A stretch of DNA of 39,904 bases from Paraspadella gotoi (GCA_051294375.1 CM119267.1:23739883-23779786); one strand, 5' to 3'; positions 11,543 through 24,240 are shown, numbered from the stretch's first letter. Notes: generated by a model not told the origin, from the sequence alone. A program made the numbers and translations.

Positions 11543-14500
11543 TCAGCAGGTCAGCCCAAACCCTCCGTCGACGGGAATGGTTGCACCGTTGATGAAAGAC
11601 GCCGAGTCGCTGCAGAGAAAAGCGATGACGTCGCCGATCTGGGAAAATTAAAGATAAATAAATTAAATAATATGTAACTAAATTAATATGTATAAATGTA
11701 TAAATCTTCGGTTNNNNNNNNNNGTTGATAAAAAAGGAAAAAAAAATTATTAATCTTTTTTCGTTGTAAAAAATGAAAGAACAAAAAATAAATTAATAAA
11801 TGCATAAATAAATAAATAAATAATATATGGAAAAAAATTCATAAAAAATATAATTGGCCAATCTCGGCTACCCCTCACCTCTTCCAGCTCTCTCCACCCT
11901 TTCCGCCTCCTCTCACCTCATCCGGATCTCCCCATCTTCCCATTGGAGTCCTTTGTTTGACGACCCTCTCCAGGAAGGCCTCTTCTCCTCCCAACATCTC
12001 TACGATGGGTTTCCAGGGCTTCGTCCGAGTGTAGCCGGGGACCACGCAGTTGACCACAATGCCGCGTTCTGGCGGCGTGGGGGTGGAGGGGAGCGTGGAT
12101 TGGAATATCTCGGATTAGAAAATCTAATCAGACGTACTATCGCTTTTTGTCATAGTTGTTTTATTCCAACAGAATTATACATACAACATGGTATAGGAAA
12201 AAATACTTTTTAAATTCTAAAATTTTATGATTTTTCGAAAAATAAAAAAAATATAAAAATTAAGAGAACCCCCCCGCAAAAAAGATAGTTATGTAAGAAT
12301 AAGCTTAATCGATTTTCAGAATATTGTTTCTCGAGAAATATAGTCTCTACCGTCAATTTCATCCTCGTAATGACCTCGGTGCTATAATAAAATCTAAAAT
12401 ACTCGGCCACTGCGTCTCATGATCCAGCATATGTTAACCACTCCACTTAACTTCAGATACCCATAGATAATTATACAATATATATTTTATAACATATTTC
12501 CCTTCGTTCTCACCCGCCAACGTCTTGGCGTAATGCCGCGTCAAACTCTCCAACCCTGCCTTTCCACATCCGGGTAACATGTAGTCGACTTCCGGTCCTC
12601 GAGTCGAATTACATCCGGGTGATGAAGTGACGACGACGAAGCCGACGGGGTGACGGGGAAAGGGCGATGGGGGAAGGGGAATGAAAGGGAGGCAAGTCTC
12701 CATGAGACGAACGAAGGCTTTGGGGTAGACATCTGAGAGAGTGGGGAAGAGGAATGGGGCGGGGTTAGGAGGTTAAGGGTGTACAAAGATATCCCTCGCC
12801 TTCTCGATTAATTCGGCTATTATCCTAATCAGTATCTTTGTTACTTTGGATTCTCCGTAAAACTCAGGGCTCAAATCAGTTGCGTTTATAGAAGTAGAAA
12901 CAATGCAAGCCCGGGAAAACTCAAGAAATAAGTATTTTTCGCTATGAATAATGTACAAATAAAGACAATGAACGTGGATAACAAATAAACTTCAAAGAGA
13001 AGATAAGGTAATTCTTATTAAGTCACACTTTTTCTAGCGGGCAGTGCATAAGTTTATCCCGCCAATACCCGTGATCCGGTGACTCACTAAATAAACCTAT
13101 GAGATCGTGGTTTATGCCTTGGACTCGTATCATGGCCGCTAGAGACATTAAAAGACGTTATTTATATGTGTTTGAACTAATTTGTTTTTAAAAATGGAAT
13201 TAATATCCATGTGCAAGTGATTAAGTATATTAATCACATGCAAACTATATTTTCATTATTTACGTCGCGTTTTACAACAGTGATTATTGCAAAAATTGTT
13301 TGATGGGCAATCTTGATGATCACTGTCGCTGTTTTTAATTCTCAGTCAAGGTGACTCTCAAAACAATTGCTTGCCAGTCGAGCTTGCCATTCACTTTCGC
13401 CATTCTCCCAAAACTTCACCCACGTTTTTTTTTTCACACGACGAATTCCACCGAAGAAAAATTTTCGTTCGTCGCTTTTGACGGAATTTTTTGGTCGAAT
13501 GATTTATTTTGAGTCCAGAAATGATTAATGTTTTATGAACGAAGGTCCCGTGAGACGCAGGGGAATATAAATTATAAATGGGGAAATAAGAAAAAAAAAA
13601 GATCACTTTTAACAACTTTTGGAATTATTAATAAAAAGATTAAAATGAAGCGAGCCGGTATGGCGCAGTGACTAAGTTTGCATATATAATATATATTATA
13701 TATATTATATATGTGTGGATCGGGCGCTGGTTAGTGGTTTAATTAATGGAAATACTTCTACGTATCAAGGATTTTAAATTTAAAGGAGAAAAACCTTTTT
13801 ACCAAATGAACAATAGTTGTAGTAAGCCACTTTCTCCCGATGTTATCTCATGGCTTCCTCTTTTTCTCCCTCTCTTTACACCCCTCTCCTCTTTTCCCAC
13901 ACTCTCATTTCTCTTTCATCCCTCCCCTATTTTCTCTCTCCCTCACTCCCTTCCTCTCTCTCCTCCTCTTACTCTTCCCCTGTTACCTTTTTTTGTTCCT
14001 TCCCTCCTCACCCTACTTCATCTCTTTCTCTTTCTCTCTCTCTCTCTCTCTCTAAATATAAACTTTGTATATAGTTCGTCCACACTGTAATTTTTTTGTT
14101 AATTTATTTTACATTTCTTTAAATAATGGGTACATTTATACATAATAATTGTAACGTTTCCGTGTTAAATTTTCACATTTTGAGCATAATAAATCAATCA
14201 ATCAATCAATCAATCTCTTTCCTCCTTCAAATCTTACCTCTCTTCCTCCCGGTCTCTCTCTCTCCCCTCCCTCTCTCTCTCCCTCTCTCTCTCCCCACCC
14301 CCCTCTCACATTCACCCTGATACTCATCATAATCCTCCAGATCCGTAAATCTCGTTCCGGTCTTCGCCTTCTCCTTCGCCTCCAGGTAAAGCCCGGCGTT
14401 GGAGAGGATCGCCGAGAGTCTCCCCTCGAACTCCGAGGCGACGGTGGATCGGAGGCGATCGAAGGTCGACGCCTTCGTCAAGTCGCCCTTGAAGACGACG

Positions 14501-15069
14501 ACGCGGATGTGGGGGAAGGTTGAGAGAAGGGAGTTGGAGGAGGCGGAGGCTGAGGCGTCGTCCGCGCTGGAGTGTTAAGGGGGGGGGCGGTTGGGGGAGA
14601 GAGGAAAGGGAAAATAATTGTGGAAACGTAATGACGGGATTGTTCGTTTTAATTTAGTTGTTCTTTTAGTTCATTTGTTCGTTTTTTTCTCTCATTCGTT
14701 CGTTTAACATCTTTCTTTTTATTCACTTTATTATTTCATTTATTAATTAAAATTTCTTTGTTCGTCTTATACTATTTATTTTTTGTTTGTTTTTTGATTA
14801 AATTAGTTGTTCTTCGTTGAGTACCTGCATTACGGTTTCAATTCGACTCGTTTTTCTGGTTGCAGTTATAACCACAGTTTCTCGCGCAGCCAATCAAGCC
14901 GTCAATCAATTCAGCTTCACCTTACCCCAAACCACAATCCAACCTCACCCTCCCAAGACCCTCACCGATAAACGAGCAGCAGCCCGTCGTAGCCGGCGTC
15001 TCTGACGAGCGACTTGGCGGCGCCGAATCCGATGCCGCTCGTTCCGCCGGTGATCAACGCCGTCTTCAT
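11543..15069 (-). CDS. Short-chain dehydrogenase/reductase, enoyl-ACP reductase FabL/FabI-like (Y-x6-K); 5 exons, 273 aa
   Basis: Manual minus-strand model: 15069-14966, 14566-14316, 12732-12514, 12068-11917, 11638-11543 (822 nt, open frame). Motifs: MKTALITGGTSGIG (TGxxxGxG), GDLT, LSNAG, VVTSSPG, YMLPGCGKAGLESLTRHYAKTLA, GIVVNCVVPGYTRT, TPMGRWGDPDEIG and ASFINGATIPVDGG. Confidence 0.9.
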
Positions 15070-15268
15070 GATGTTGGAGGTTGGAGGTTTTTCAATTCTT
15101 TTTCGCTATTTGTCTCCGAACTTCCTTTCCTATCCACTTTCTTTCAGAGAGAGAGGATTTTAATCGTGATGATGTCAAATAAAACAACAAAGTTTACAAG
15201 TGAATTAATTTAAAACTTAAAAATATTTTAACTCACATTGTATTTCGTCTCTCGTTCTCGTGTGAAGG

Positions 15269-15300
<32 letters not shown>

Positions 15301-15318
15301 TGTCTGTCTCTCTCTCTC

Positions 15319-16823
15319 TCATCGGATCCCCAACCCTCCGTCGACTGGAATCGCGGCGCCGGTCAAAAACGACGCCGATTCGCCGCAAAGAAAACCGGCG
15401 ACGGCGCCGACCTCTTCTGGTTCACCTAGACGTGGCGCCGGCGCTGCGGCGAGAGAATCGGTCGCGGCAGCTGAGGCGGCGGCGGCGTCGCCGTTGGAAG
15501 ACACGATCCGTCTGATTCCGCCAAGAAGAAGGCAATTGACGACAATACCACGAGCTGTAGAAAACAGTAAAAACAGTCAGAACAGTAATCTCCTCACGAT
15601 TGACTGTTATCCCTCTTGCTGACCTTTAATCCTAACCTGCTAATACTTTGGCGTAATGCCGCGTCAGATACTGTACGACGGCGCCGCAAGCGTCCGGTAT
15701 CATAGTCTTTGGATTCGAATTACATCCGGAGTCCAACGTGGCGAGGATGTAACCGGCGGGCGCGCGTCGGCTCGAATTGAGAGGCTGCGGATGCTGCTGC
15801 TGCTGAGGCGGCGACGGCGGCGACGTTTGAAAGAACTGAAGTGTCGCTTCGATGAGACGAAGGAAAGATCGCGGTCCCAGATCTGAGGGTGATGTGATTT
15901 GATTGATTGATTGATTGTTTGACATATTGATCGATTGAATATTTCTTTTACCTTGGAATCTCTCGTATTCTTTTATCTTTTCCTCGCATCCCGATTCCGC
16001 CGCTGCCGCTGCTGCCGACGCAGCGTCGCCGACAGAGGGGGACGCGACGTTGTGGACCAAAGCGGTCAGCGTGCCTGTCGTTTTTGTTGTAATTTCGATT
16101 TTCTCTCAAATATTTATAAGTTGGTGCAAATAAAAAAATATTTTATTTTTAAATGTGGTCATTGCTTCTGTAATATGACTTATGAAATAATTTTGACCTC
16201 AAATACCGACCTAACGAAAAATATCTGTCCCCAACTTATTTGTGAGATGAAACTTTTTTTATTCTTTCAATCTTTCTCATCTCATTTTTCATATTTTCCG
16301 TTCTTCTTCCTTTTTCTCCTCTTCCTCCTCCCCCTCCTCTTTCCTCACCTCCGAACTTGTCTCTCACGATGGAACAAATTCTTTCGATCGTCTTTCTTTC
16401 ATTGACAAATCGCCGACGACGAATTCCAGAACGATCGAGACGATGACGACGACGAAGACGACGACGACGACGACGTTCTCAGTTTGATCTCCATGTCGGA
16501 AGTTTGGCTCGGGTCTAGCGGGGTTGTCGGAGATGATAAAAGTAAAATTAAATTAAATTAATTAAGTTAATTAAGTTATAATCAAATTAAAGTCACCGTA
16601 AACGATTTCGTCGTCGCTGTCATTAACATTCTTGTCAGTATCATAATCATCATATTCATCAAAATCAGCATCATCGTCGTCGTCATCATCATCATCATCT
16701 CTATCATCATCTACACTCACCCGCAAACGAGCAGCAGCCTCTCGAATCCCGCCCGACGGATCAGAGCAGTGGCGACCGACTGACCGACTTCTGATTCGGC
16801 TCGGTGACGACGGCCGACTTCAT
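15319..16823 (-). pseudogene. Degenerate SDR paralog (pseudo-enzyme or pseudogene; the frameshifts may be sequencing errors)
   Basis: Exon-like blocks: 16823-16721 (MKSAVVT-AESEVGQSVATALIRRAGFERLLLVC, 1-nt frameshift near 16802), ~16514-16349 (VVGDLS...TIERICSIVRDKFG, frameshift near 16395), 16074-15952 (GTLTALVHNV), 15882-15637 (LTRHYAKVLA) and 15554-15319 (RGIVVNC...[31 protein letters not shown]). Three intron positions are shared with the downstream SDR. The catalytic Y and K positions read T and G. Confidence 0.8.
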
Positions 16824-17091
16824 GCGGGCAAGGCGTGAAGGCCGACTTCTTGGCGGGCAAGGGCGTTGAAGTCGACTTCTTGGCGGGCAAGGGCGTTGAA
16901 GGCCGACGTTCTTTGGCGGCAAGGGCGTTGAAGGCCGACTTCTTGGCGGCAAGGGCGTTGAAGGCCGACTTCTTGGCGGGCAAGGGCGTTGACCGACTTC
17001 TGCGCGGCAGGCGTTGAAGGCCACTTCTTGGCGGCAAGGGCGTTGAAGGCCGACTTCTTGGCGGGCCAAGGGCGTTGAAGGCCGACTTCTT
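16824..17091 (-). repeat. ~30-bp tandem repeat, 9 copies; the minus-strand consensus AAGAAGTCGGCCTTCAACGCCCTTGCCGCC encodes KKSAFNALAA
   Basis: Units were counted directly. The copies at 16915-16944, 16945-16974 and 17030-17059 are perfect and the others carry 1-3 nt indels. Confidence 0.9.
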
Positions 17092-17381
17092 GACAGATTT
17101 TGACAAGAAGCTAAGGATTTTGTAGTACTAAATCTCGCGTGAAGAAAACGTCGAAAATGTAGAATTATTTGTATTTTGTAGAGATAAATCAATGGCAAAT
17201 CAATGAAATGTCAAAAAAATGTTTGTAATAAATCCTTGGAATCCGTAAAAACTACGGTTCCAGACGGCCGATCTTTCCTTTAAAAATGATTCTGATCGAA
17301 TAACAAGTGACGAGATTTTCGGCCGAAAGAAAGCCACAAGAAAGCAACTAGAACGGTGAAAAAATAAGGTCAGGTAAGGTC

Positions 17382-17458
17382 AACTCAAATTAGTAAAAAC
17401 CCGACGCGAGGTAACAAAATATCTTTCACCTCTCTCTCTCTTCCTCTCTCTCTCCTCT

Positions 17459-17502
<44 letters not shown>

Positions 17503-17652
17503 CTAAAACAGTTCAGTCTGCTTTTTTCAGAGATTGAGTTTAACGAACAACCAGACATCGACATACGAAACCCAGAGAAAACAAATTATTTTAAAATAAC
17601 ATAACGTGAAAGATATTTGTTACCTCGCGTCGGGTTTTTACTAATTTGAGTT
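17382..17652. mobile_element. MITE-like element with ~47-bp terminal inverted repeats around a (CT)n tract
   Basis: AACTCAAATTAGTAAAAACCCGACGCGAGGTAACAAAATATCTTTCAC (17382-17429) is the near-perfect reverse complement of 17606-17652. Confidence 0.65.
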
Positions 17653-17835
17653 TCATTGGATTTGCCCCAAATTGATTTTTTATCTCCCTTCTTTTACAAA
17701 AATACAAGTAATTCACGAATAATGCGACATTTTTCGACGTTTCTTCACGCTTCCGTAAACTTAGTAAGAGATACTTACGAAATCCTTGGTCCCTTGTCAA
17801 AAAAAAAAAANNNNNNNNNNNNNNNNNNNNNNNNN

Positions 17836-17868
<33 letters not shown>

Positions 17869-19888
17869 GTTATCCCCGATCCTGTTTTTCAATCGTAAAA
17901 TACCGACACTTTCTGTAAAATCGACTTCGAATTCTCGTTGGAGTAAATGTTTATCTCAAACAATAATCTATGACTGTTAAAATGTAACGATGACAATTGC
18001 TGTAGTTAAACCAAAATCCAAATGAAAAATTAATTTTGTTCGTTCACGAACTAAGAAGCAACTTTTTTTAAAAACATAACCACGGCCACTAATTCGTTAG
18101 TACACGTGAACTACATATAACAATACTTAATACCTAATACTTAATATACCTCGACATTACTTAAACTTTTTGAGGAACAGTGACCAAGAAACGTTTCTGA
18201 TAACAACTACCAGAACAACAACGACAAAATAACAACAATAAACAACAACAACAACAGGATTCGCGACGAACCTCCAATTTCTTTCCTTCGGGAGTTTTTA
18301 CGGTTTCCTTTCGTGCGACGAGATTTTTTTCTTCTCTCTCCTCCTCCTCCTCCTCCTCCTCCTCCTCCTCCTCCTTCTTTTCTCTTTTGCGTTGATTGAC
18401 GTCGTCGTTGGGGTGAAGGGGAGGCGGGGGGGAGGGAGAGGAAGAGAGGGAGGAGGGAGAGGAAGAGAGGGAGGAGGGAGGGAGGGGGGAGAGAGAGGAG
18501 GAAGATTGTGAAAGGGAGGAAGAAAAGGATGGAAATAAAAGGAGAAGGAGAGAAAAGAAAAACAGAGAAGAAGAGGAGGAATAGAGAAAAAGAAAAGTGG
18601 AAGGAAGAAAGAAAAAGGCAGGAAGGGGCTAATGTAGAAATTGAAATGAAAGAAGAGAGAAAAGAAAAATTGAAAGAAAAGTTAAAGGAGAAAAATTGAA
18701 AAGTTTAAAGAAAAGAAAAGAAAAGAAAAGTTAAAAGAGCAGAAATAAAAATTGAAAGATAAGTTGAAATTGAATAAATAAAAATTGAAAGATAAGTTAA
18801 AAAATAATAAATAAAAATCGAAAGATAAGTTGAAGGAGAAGAAAAGAAAAGTTGAGAGAGAGAGGTGAAAAAAAGGAAGTAGAGAAAGGAAAGAAAGAGA
18901 AGAGAGGAAGGGAGAAGAAGGAGAGAGAGAGAGAGAGAGAGAGANNNNNNNNNNNNNNNNNNNNNNNNNNNNNNNNNNNNNNNNNNNNNNNNNNNNNNNN
19001 NNNNNNNNNNNNNNNNNNNNNNNNNNNNNNNNNNNNNNNNNNNNTCACAAATAAAACTTACTCTACAGAGCACACTTCTTTTTTGTTTTCTCTCATATTT
19101 TCTATCTTACTTTTTTTCCATTTTATTTGTCCATTTAGTATTACTTCTTTTCTACGAACTCCTGCGCATGTATTTTAATTTTATTTTCTTCTTTACCGAC
19201 GTTGTCTTTCTCGCACCGAATTATTTCCCGTCAGTGTTTAATCTCATTTATGAGGCAGTAAACACTTTTTTTCCCCATCGTTTCTTAATATATTCTTTTT
19301 TTCACCAATTCCATGTTATATATCTACGCAGTTCATAACAAATCAGCAAGGTGTTTATCCAGGAGTTTCCAAAAGTTTTAAAGGCCTACTCAGCGTATTC
19401 AGGGCTCTTATGAAATTAAAAAAACCTTCTTCCCGCTCCTACAGGAATGGAAAAGGTGCAGGCTCGCTGCAAACTCGGGTCCGCCCGGACCTCAATTCGT
19501 CCTCGTCTGAGGTCATCACCCGTCCGTCCTATCCTCTTTCACCTTCTCGCTTCCTCTATTACTCTTTCTTGGATCTTTCGTTTCGCTTCTTGTTCCTTTC
19601 TTTCTTTTTCTTTTTTTTTTCTTTTTATATTTTCAGTTTCTTTCCAATTTCTTTTTCTCTCTTTGGGTTTTCTAACTTCATCTCATTCTCTTTTTTTTCT
19701 TTATTACCATTTTTTCTTGATTTTATTTTTTTCATTTTTTTCTTTTCTTTTTTTTTTTGCTTTATTTATTACCATTTTTTCTTTCCTTCTTCTTTTACCT
19801 TTTACCTTTTCTTCCCTCTTTCCTCCCCCTCCCTTTTCCCTTCTCCTCCTTCTCCTCCTCCCCCTCCTCCTCGTCCATTCTCGTCCAG

Positions 19889-20013
19889 AGGTCGTCCCCG
19901 CGGGGCGACGACCCGAGAGTCGATGGGACCGAAACGAGACCCGGATGTCGTAAGAGAAAAGAGAAATCTCCATCTCTATCCCCGGATGTAATAGAAAGTC
20001 GTTTAAAGACAAA
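19889..20013 (+). other. Orphan exon-like segment
   Basis: Pyrimidine tract with TCCAG| acceptor, GC-richer body and AA|GTAAGT donor. A similar acceptor (CTACAG|) lies at 19444. The product is not recognisable. Confidence 0.35.
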
Positions 20014-20024
20014 GTAAGTCTTCT

Positions 20025-20086
<62 letters not shown>

Positions 20087-20157
20087 CTTCTCGTACCAGC
20101 GCCCCTGATGTCACGAACCCGAAAGACGTGAAAAGTTATTTCCTCTCTCTCTCTTTT

Positions 20158-20232
<75 letters not shown>

Positions 20233-20690
20233 CTCTCTCACTGTCACCTTCTTAATTTTACCTCATTCAAACGAGTTGAAAGGCTTAAAATAGGGAGTAA
20301 AGTCGCCACATTAGGGAATAAAGGAATTTCATTTTTTTTAACCTCAATTTCATTTTTTTCACTTTGAATTTCCATATAATTGGTTTTACTTTTTTGGTGA
20401 AAGAGAAAAAAAAAAGAAAGAGTGAATTTGACGTAATGTAATATTTTTTTGAAGAAAAGCAAAAGGCGACCAAAGAGAGAATTAAGATAATAAAGTTTCT
20501 ACTCTAGGAAAATGCAAAATGTTTTCTTATACTTTACGCTATAATTGTATGTAACTTATTCTACTCGTATTTAATTTTAAGGTCGATGTAACTCTAAAAA
20601 AATGTAAAATTATAAAAATAAAAAGTTATGTTTAAATGTAGTTTTTTTTTAATTTATTTTATTTTCCCCGTCTGTTTGTCTGAGTACCCT

Positions 20691-20830
<140 letters not shown>

Positions 20831-21224
20831 ACTCGCATAGAGTGAATCAATATTCAATAATTTTTTCCGTTTATTCGATTAAAAAATATGAAAGGCGATA
20901 TTCTTTCTGTCCATCTCTGTCTCTATCCGCTTCCTCTCTATCTCTATCTCTCTCCTTTCTCCCTTTCTTTTCGTTTAACTTCTTCTTCACTTTTGCTCCT
21001 TTGTTTTAGTCTTGTGTTGTTGTTGTTGTTGTCGTTCGAATATTGGATAAACAAATAAATCTCTTTTCATTTGTTTAGTTTGAAAACCTTGTTGACTTAA
21101 CTCGATATCTCGTTGAGCCAATTTTTAAACTGTCACCGTCCATTTAAAATAATATAGAATTTCAAAATATAAATAATGCGGCAAAGTAAAAATTGTAACC
21201 TGTAAGAGGCATTTTAGGCCTTAA

Positions 21225-21260
21225 CCCACCATAGGTTGTCCACTGGACAACTATGGTGGG
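21225..21260. repeat. Near-perfect 36-bp palindrome
   Basis: CCCACCATAG-G-TTGTCCA-C-TGGACAA-CTATGGTGGG. Confidence 0.8.
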
Positions 21261-21597
21261 ACACACAATGTCCAGTGTGCAAAGTCTGGAGCAAGATAGC
21301 TTATTTATTTAATGAACGATTTATTTTATAACGAAAAGTACTAATTCATACTTATCTTCGAAATACCAAATTATTCCAAAGTGATTTTAACAGCTATGAT
21401 TTTAAAGTTATAACTAGAATTCTTTATTTGTTTTTTTTTATTTAAATTAATAGTTCCGCTATTATGTTTTTTTATTAAGAACAAAAACAAAGAAAGGAAA
21501 CAACAACAACAACAAGAACACTAATGGCGCCGACGTTCGCCTAATTACGTTTACAGGGAAAAATTAAACCGGGAATGAAAATGCGACGAGAGAAAGG

Positions 21598-21674
<77 letters not shown>

Positions 21675-24240
21675 CACACAATAAAATACAATACAACAAT
21701 AAAGCGGAAAAAAATTTTTCTCCTTCTGAAACTACTGCGCTGGTGAACTTGATTAATTTCTCAAGTTGAGCTTCGGATTCCTACGGACTTGAAATGGACT
21801 TCCTCAGGCTTGATTGGAACCACATCCGGGTTTGTTGGCCTCATACGGGTTTCATATTGACCTGATTATGGTTTCATAAGGACCACATCTGTATTTGATC
21901 TGGATTCTTACGAGTTTTATTTGCTGTTTGTCTCTGGGGTTTAAAATATTGACTATTTTGATAGCAGTTTTAATAAATATGTATAGCTATATTAACCATG
22001 TCCAAGCTTTACACGGACTTGAATTTGACTTGACGAGGGCTTCATCCGGGTTTGGTTCTAGCAACGAAGGATTAAATTGCTCCCCGCTATTTTCCAGAGA
22101 CAAGAAAGGAATTTCTGTCTCGCCACGACACCTGGACGAAAGAGTAGGGGAGAAGGAGATGCCGGTGGTGATTGTCCACAGGATTTGTGGGTGGAGTCAT
22201 TGTGGGGACTCCCACTGGGAGTCAAAGTGATGAACTGGGTGATTCATTAAAAAAGTCAGGTACATATGAAGAATGAAGAGGTGACTTAAATCTTTTTGAA
22301 GAATCTTTATTATAATACTTCTTCCGAATTAAAAAATAAAAATATTTCTAGTATTGATAAATTAAGTGGCCAAATTGGCGATTTATTGCGGCCTTTTCAA
22401 ATATAAATTTTGTTCATAGCTTTGTAATATATAATACAAATATCAGCTGAATGTGCCTGTACAAGTATAAACAAATTTATAAAGATTTTCTTTTTCCATT
22501 TCTGCTGGCAGCTTATGACGAGAAAAATATCGAGCAATTTCCTTAATTGTACTAAATGCAAATGACTGAGTCGAAAACAAAAGAAAAAAAAAAAGAAAGA
22601 TAAAGAAAGAAATCGTTAAATAGCAAACGAAAAAAAAAGTTTTGGTCAGAGAAGAAGAAGAAGGGAAATCGAATTACGGGTCGGAGGGAAGAGGAGGAGA
22701 GGAGGAGGAGTGAGGAGGAGGAGGAGGAGCAAGAGGAGGGGGAGCAGGAGGGAGAGAGGGTGGGGAAAGCTAGTGGGAAGAGGAATTGTCGGTAAAAGAG
22801 AAAGCCGAAATGGGCTACAGGGAAGGACTTGGGTAAGTCTTGCGGCAAATGAGGCGAAGGTGGGGGGGTAAGGTAAGGATTATAAAAAAGGTAGGGCGTT
22901 GTTCCCTCGGGCTCTGGGCGTCCGCGCCGCGACGGAGCCGAATAAAGAGGGTGAGTTAATCGAATTTCAACCCGGGAGGCGGAGGAGGAGGAGGAGGAGA
23001 GGAGGAGGAGGTAAGAGGGTGAGGGAGGACAAAGATAAGGAAGAGATGAGGAAGAGAGCGAGAGAGGTAGGAAGGATAATTGGATTGAAAGAGGGAGGGG
23101 GAGAGAGGAAGCAAAATGAAAGGTTAACTCGATGCACCGCGGTCACTGGTGAGTCGATGAGTTAACTGAACGAGTTGTGGAGGAAGAGACGAAAAATTGA
23201 ATAAAAAAAAAAAAATTGGTGAGAAAATGAGATTGAAAGAAAATGAAAAATGATGTGGGTAAAAATGTGGAAAGTTATGCAGTGGTCAGTGAGAACTTGT
23301 GGTTGTAGCGTAGCGAGAAGTTAAATGGGTAAAAGTTGAACCGTTGTAAATATAGTAGTTGTGGTATATCCTCTCTTCGTTGTTTTTGAGGCAATTACAA
23401 AGAAACAGTGTTTTTATTATTACAAAATCATCGTTGTAATAAATAAAAACTCTATTTCTTTGTAATAGCTTTAGTAGTTAAAAATTAAAGATAGTTGCTT
23501 TGATATTTGGGTGATGTGAAAAGAATTGACATTATTCCCCTAGGATTATCACAAGGTCGAGTGAAAACGGTTGAAAGTAATTTTTGAGACAATATCAGCC
23601 TATCATTTTTGTAAAAATTATTTGTGAAAACTTGAAGAAATAAAAAACAGAAAAAAAAGAAAAATAAAAGTAAAAAAAAAAAAAAAAAAAGATGAAGTAA
23701 AGTTAAAAAAACAAAAACAAAACTCTAATGAGTTGATTTAAAATAGGGATTAATTAATTTATATATATATATACAAGTGATGTTTGGACATAAATGAGTT
23801 TGATTTTGATATGAAATGGAGTCAAAGACAAAGTTGGTTAAACAAAGAAAGCTAAGTTAACATTACAGATTTAGGATAGAATGAGTTTAATCTAGGAGGT
23901 TAATAGAGGGAGATTTAGTTAACAGGACACTTTAATTATTGAGGACAGTCTGAGCTTACGGCGTAGCTTCAGTTAAAACGAGGCTCTCTCAGTTAAAAAT
24001 CCGACGCGATGATTTTTTTTCCACAATTTTTGTTTTCCAATAGATTATTGGAATAAACGATAGGAAAAAATCGCGCGGGAAAATCAAAATTAGTTTATCT
24101 CCGAAATCAAAAAAAAATAAACAAAAGACTAACGCGTTTTAATTAATAAAAAGTTTTTCTTTTTTTATAAATTTTTCTTTTTGATGAAAGGATGGACTGA
24201 TTTTTTGAGCAGTTTTCTTTATCTTTTTTCTTTTCTCTCT

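Noticed and set aside
13652-13685. tRNA gene (A-box-like TGGCGCAGTGA; a similar motif lies on the minus strand near 38075-38095)
   Set aside because: No B box or cloverleaf can be built, so at most these are SINE remnants.
16824-17091. 30-bp repeats as a CRISPR array
   Set aside because: The units are contiguous with no unique spacers, there are no cas genes and the context is eukaryotic.
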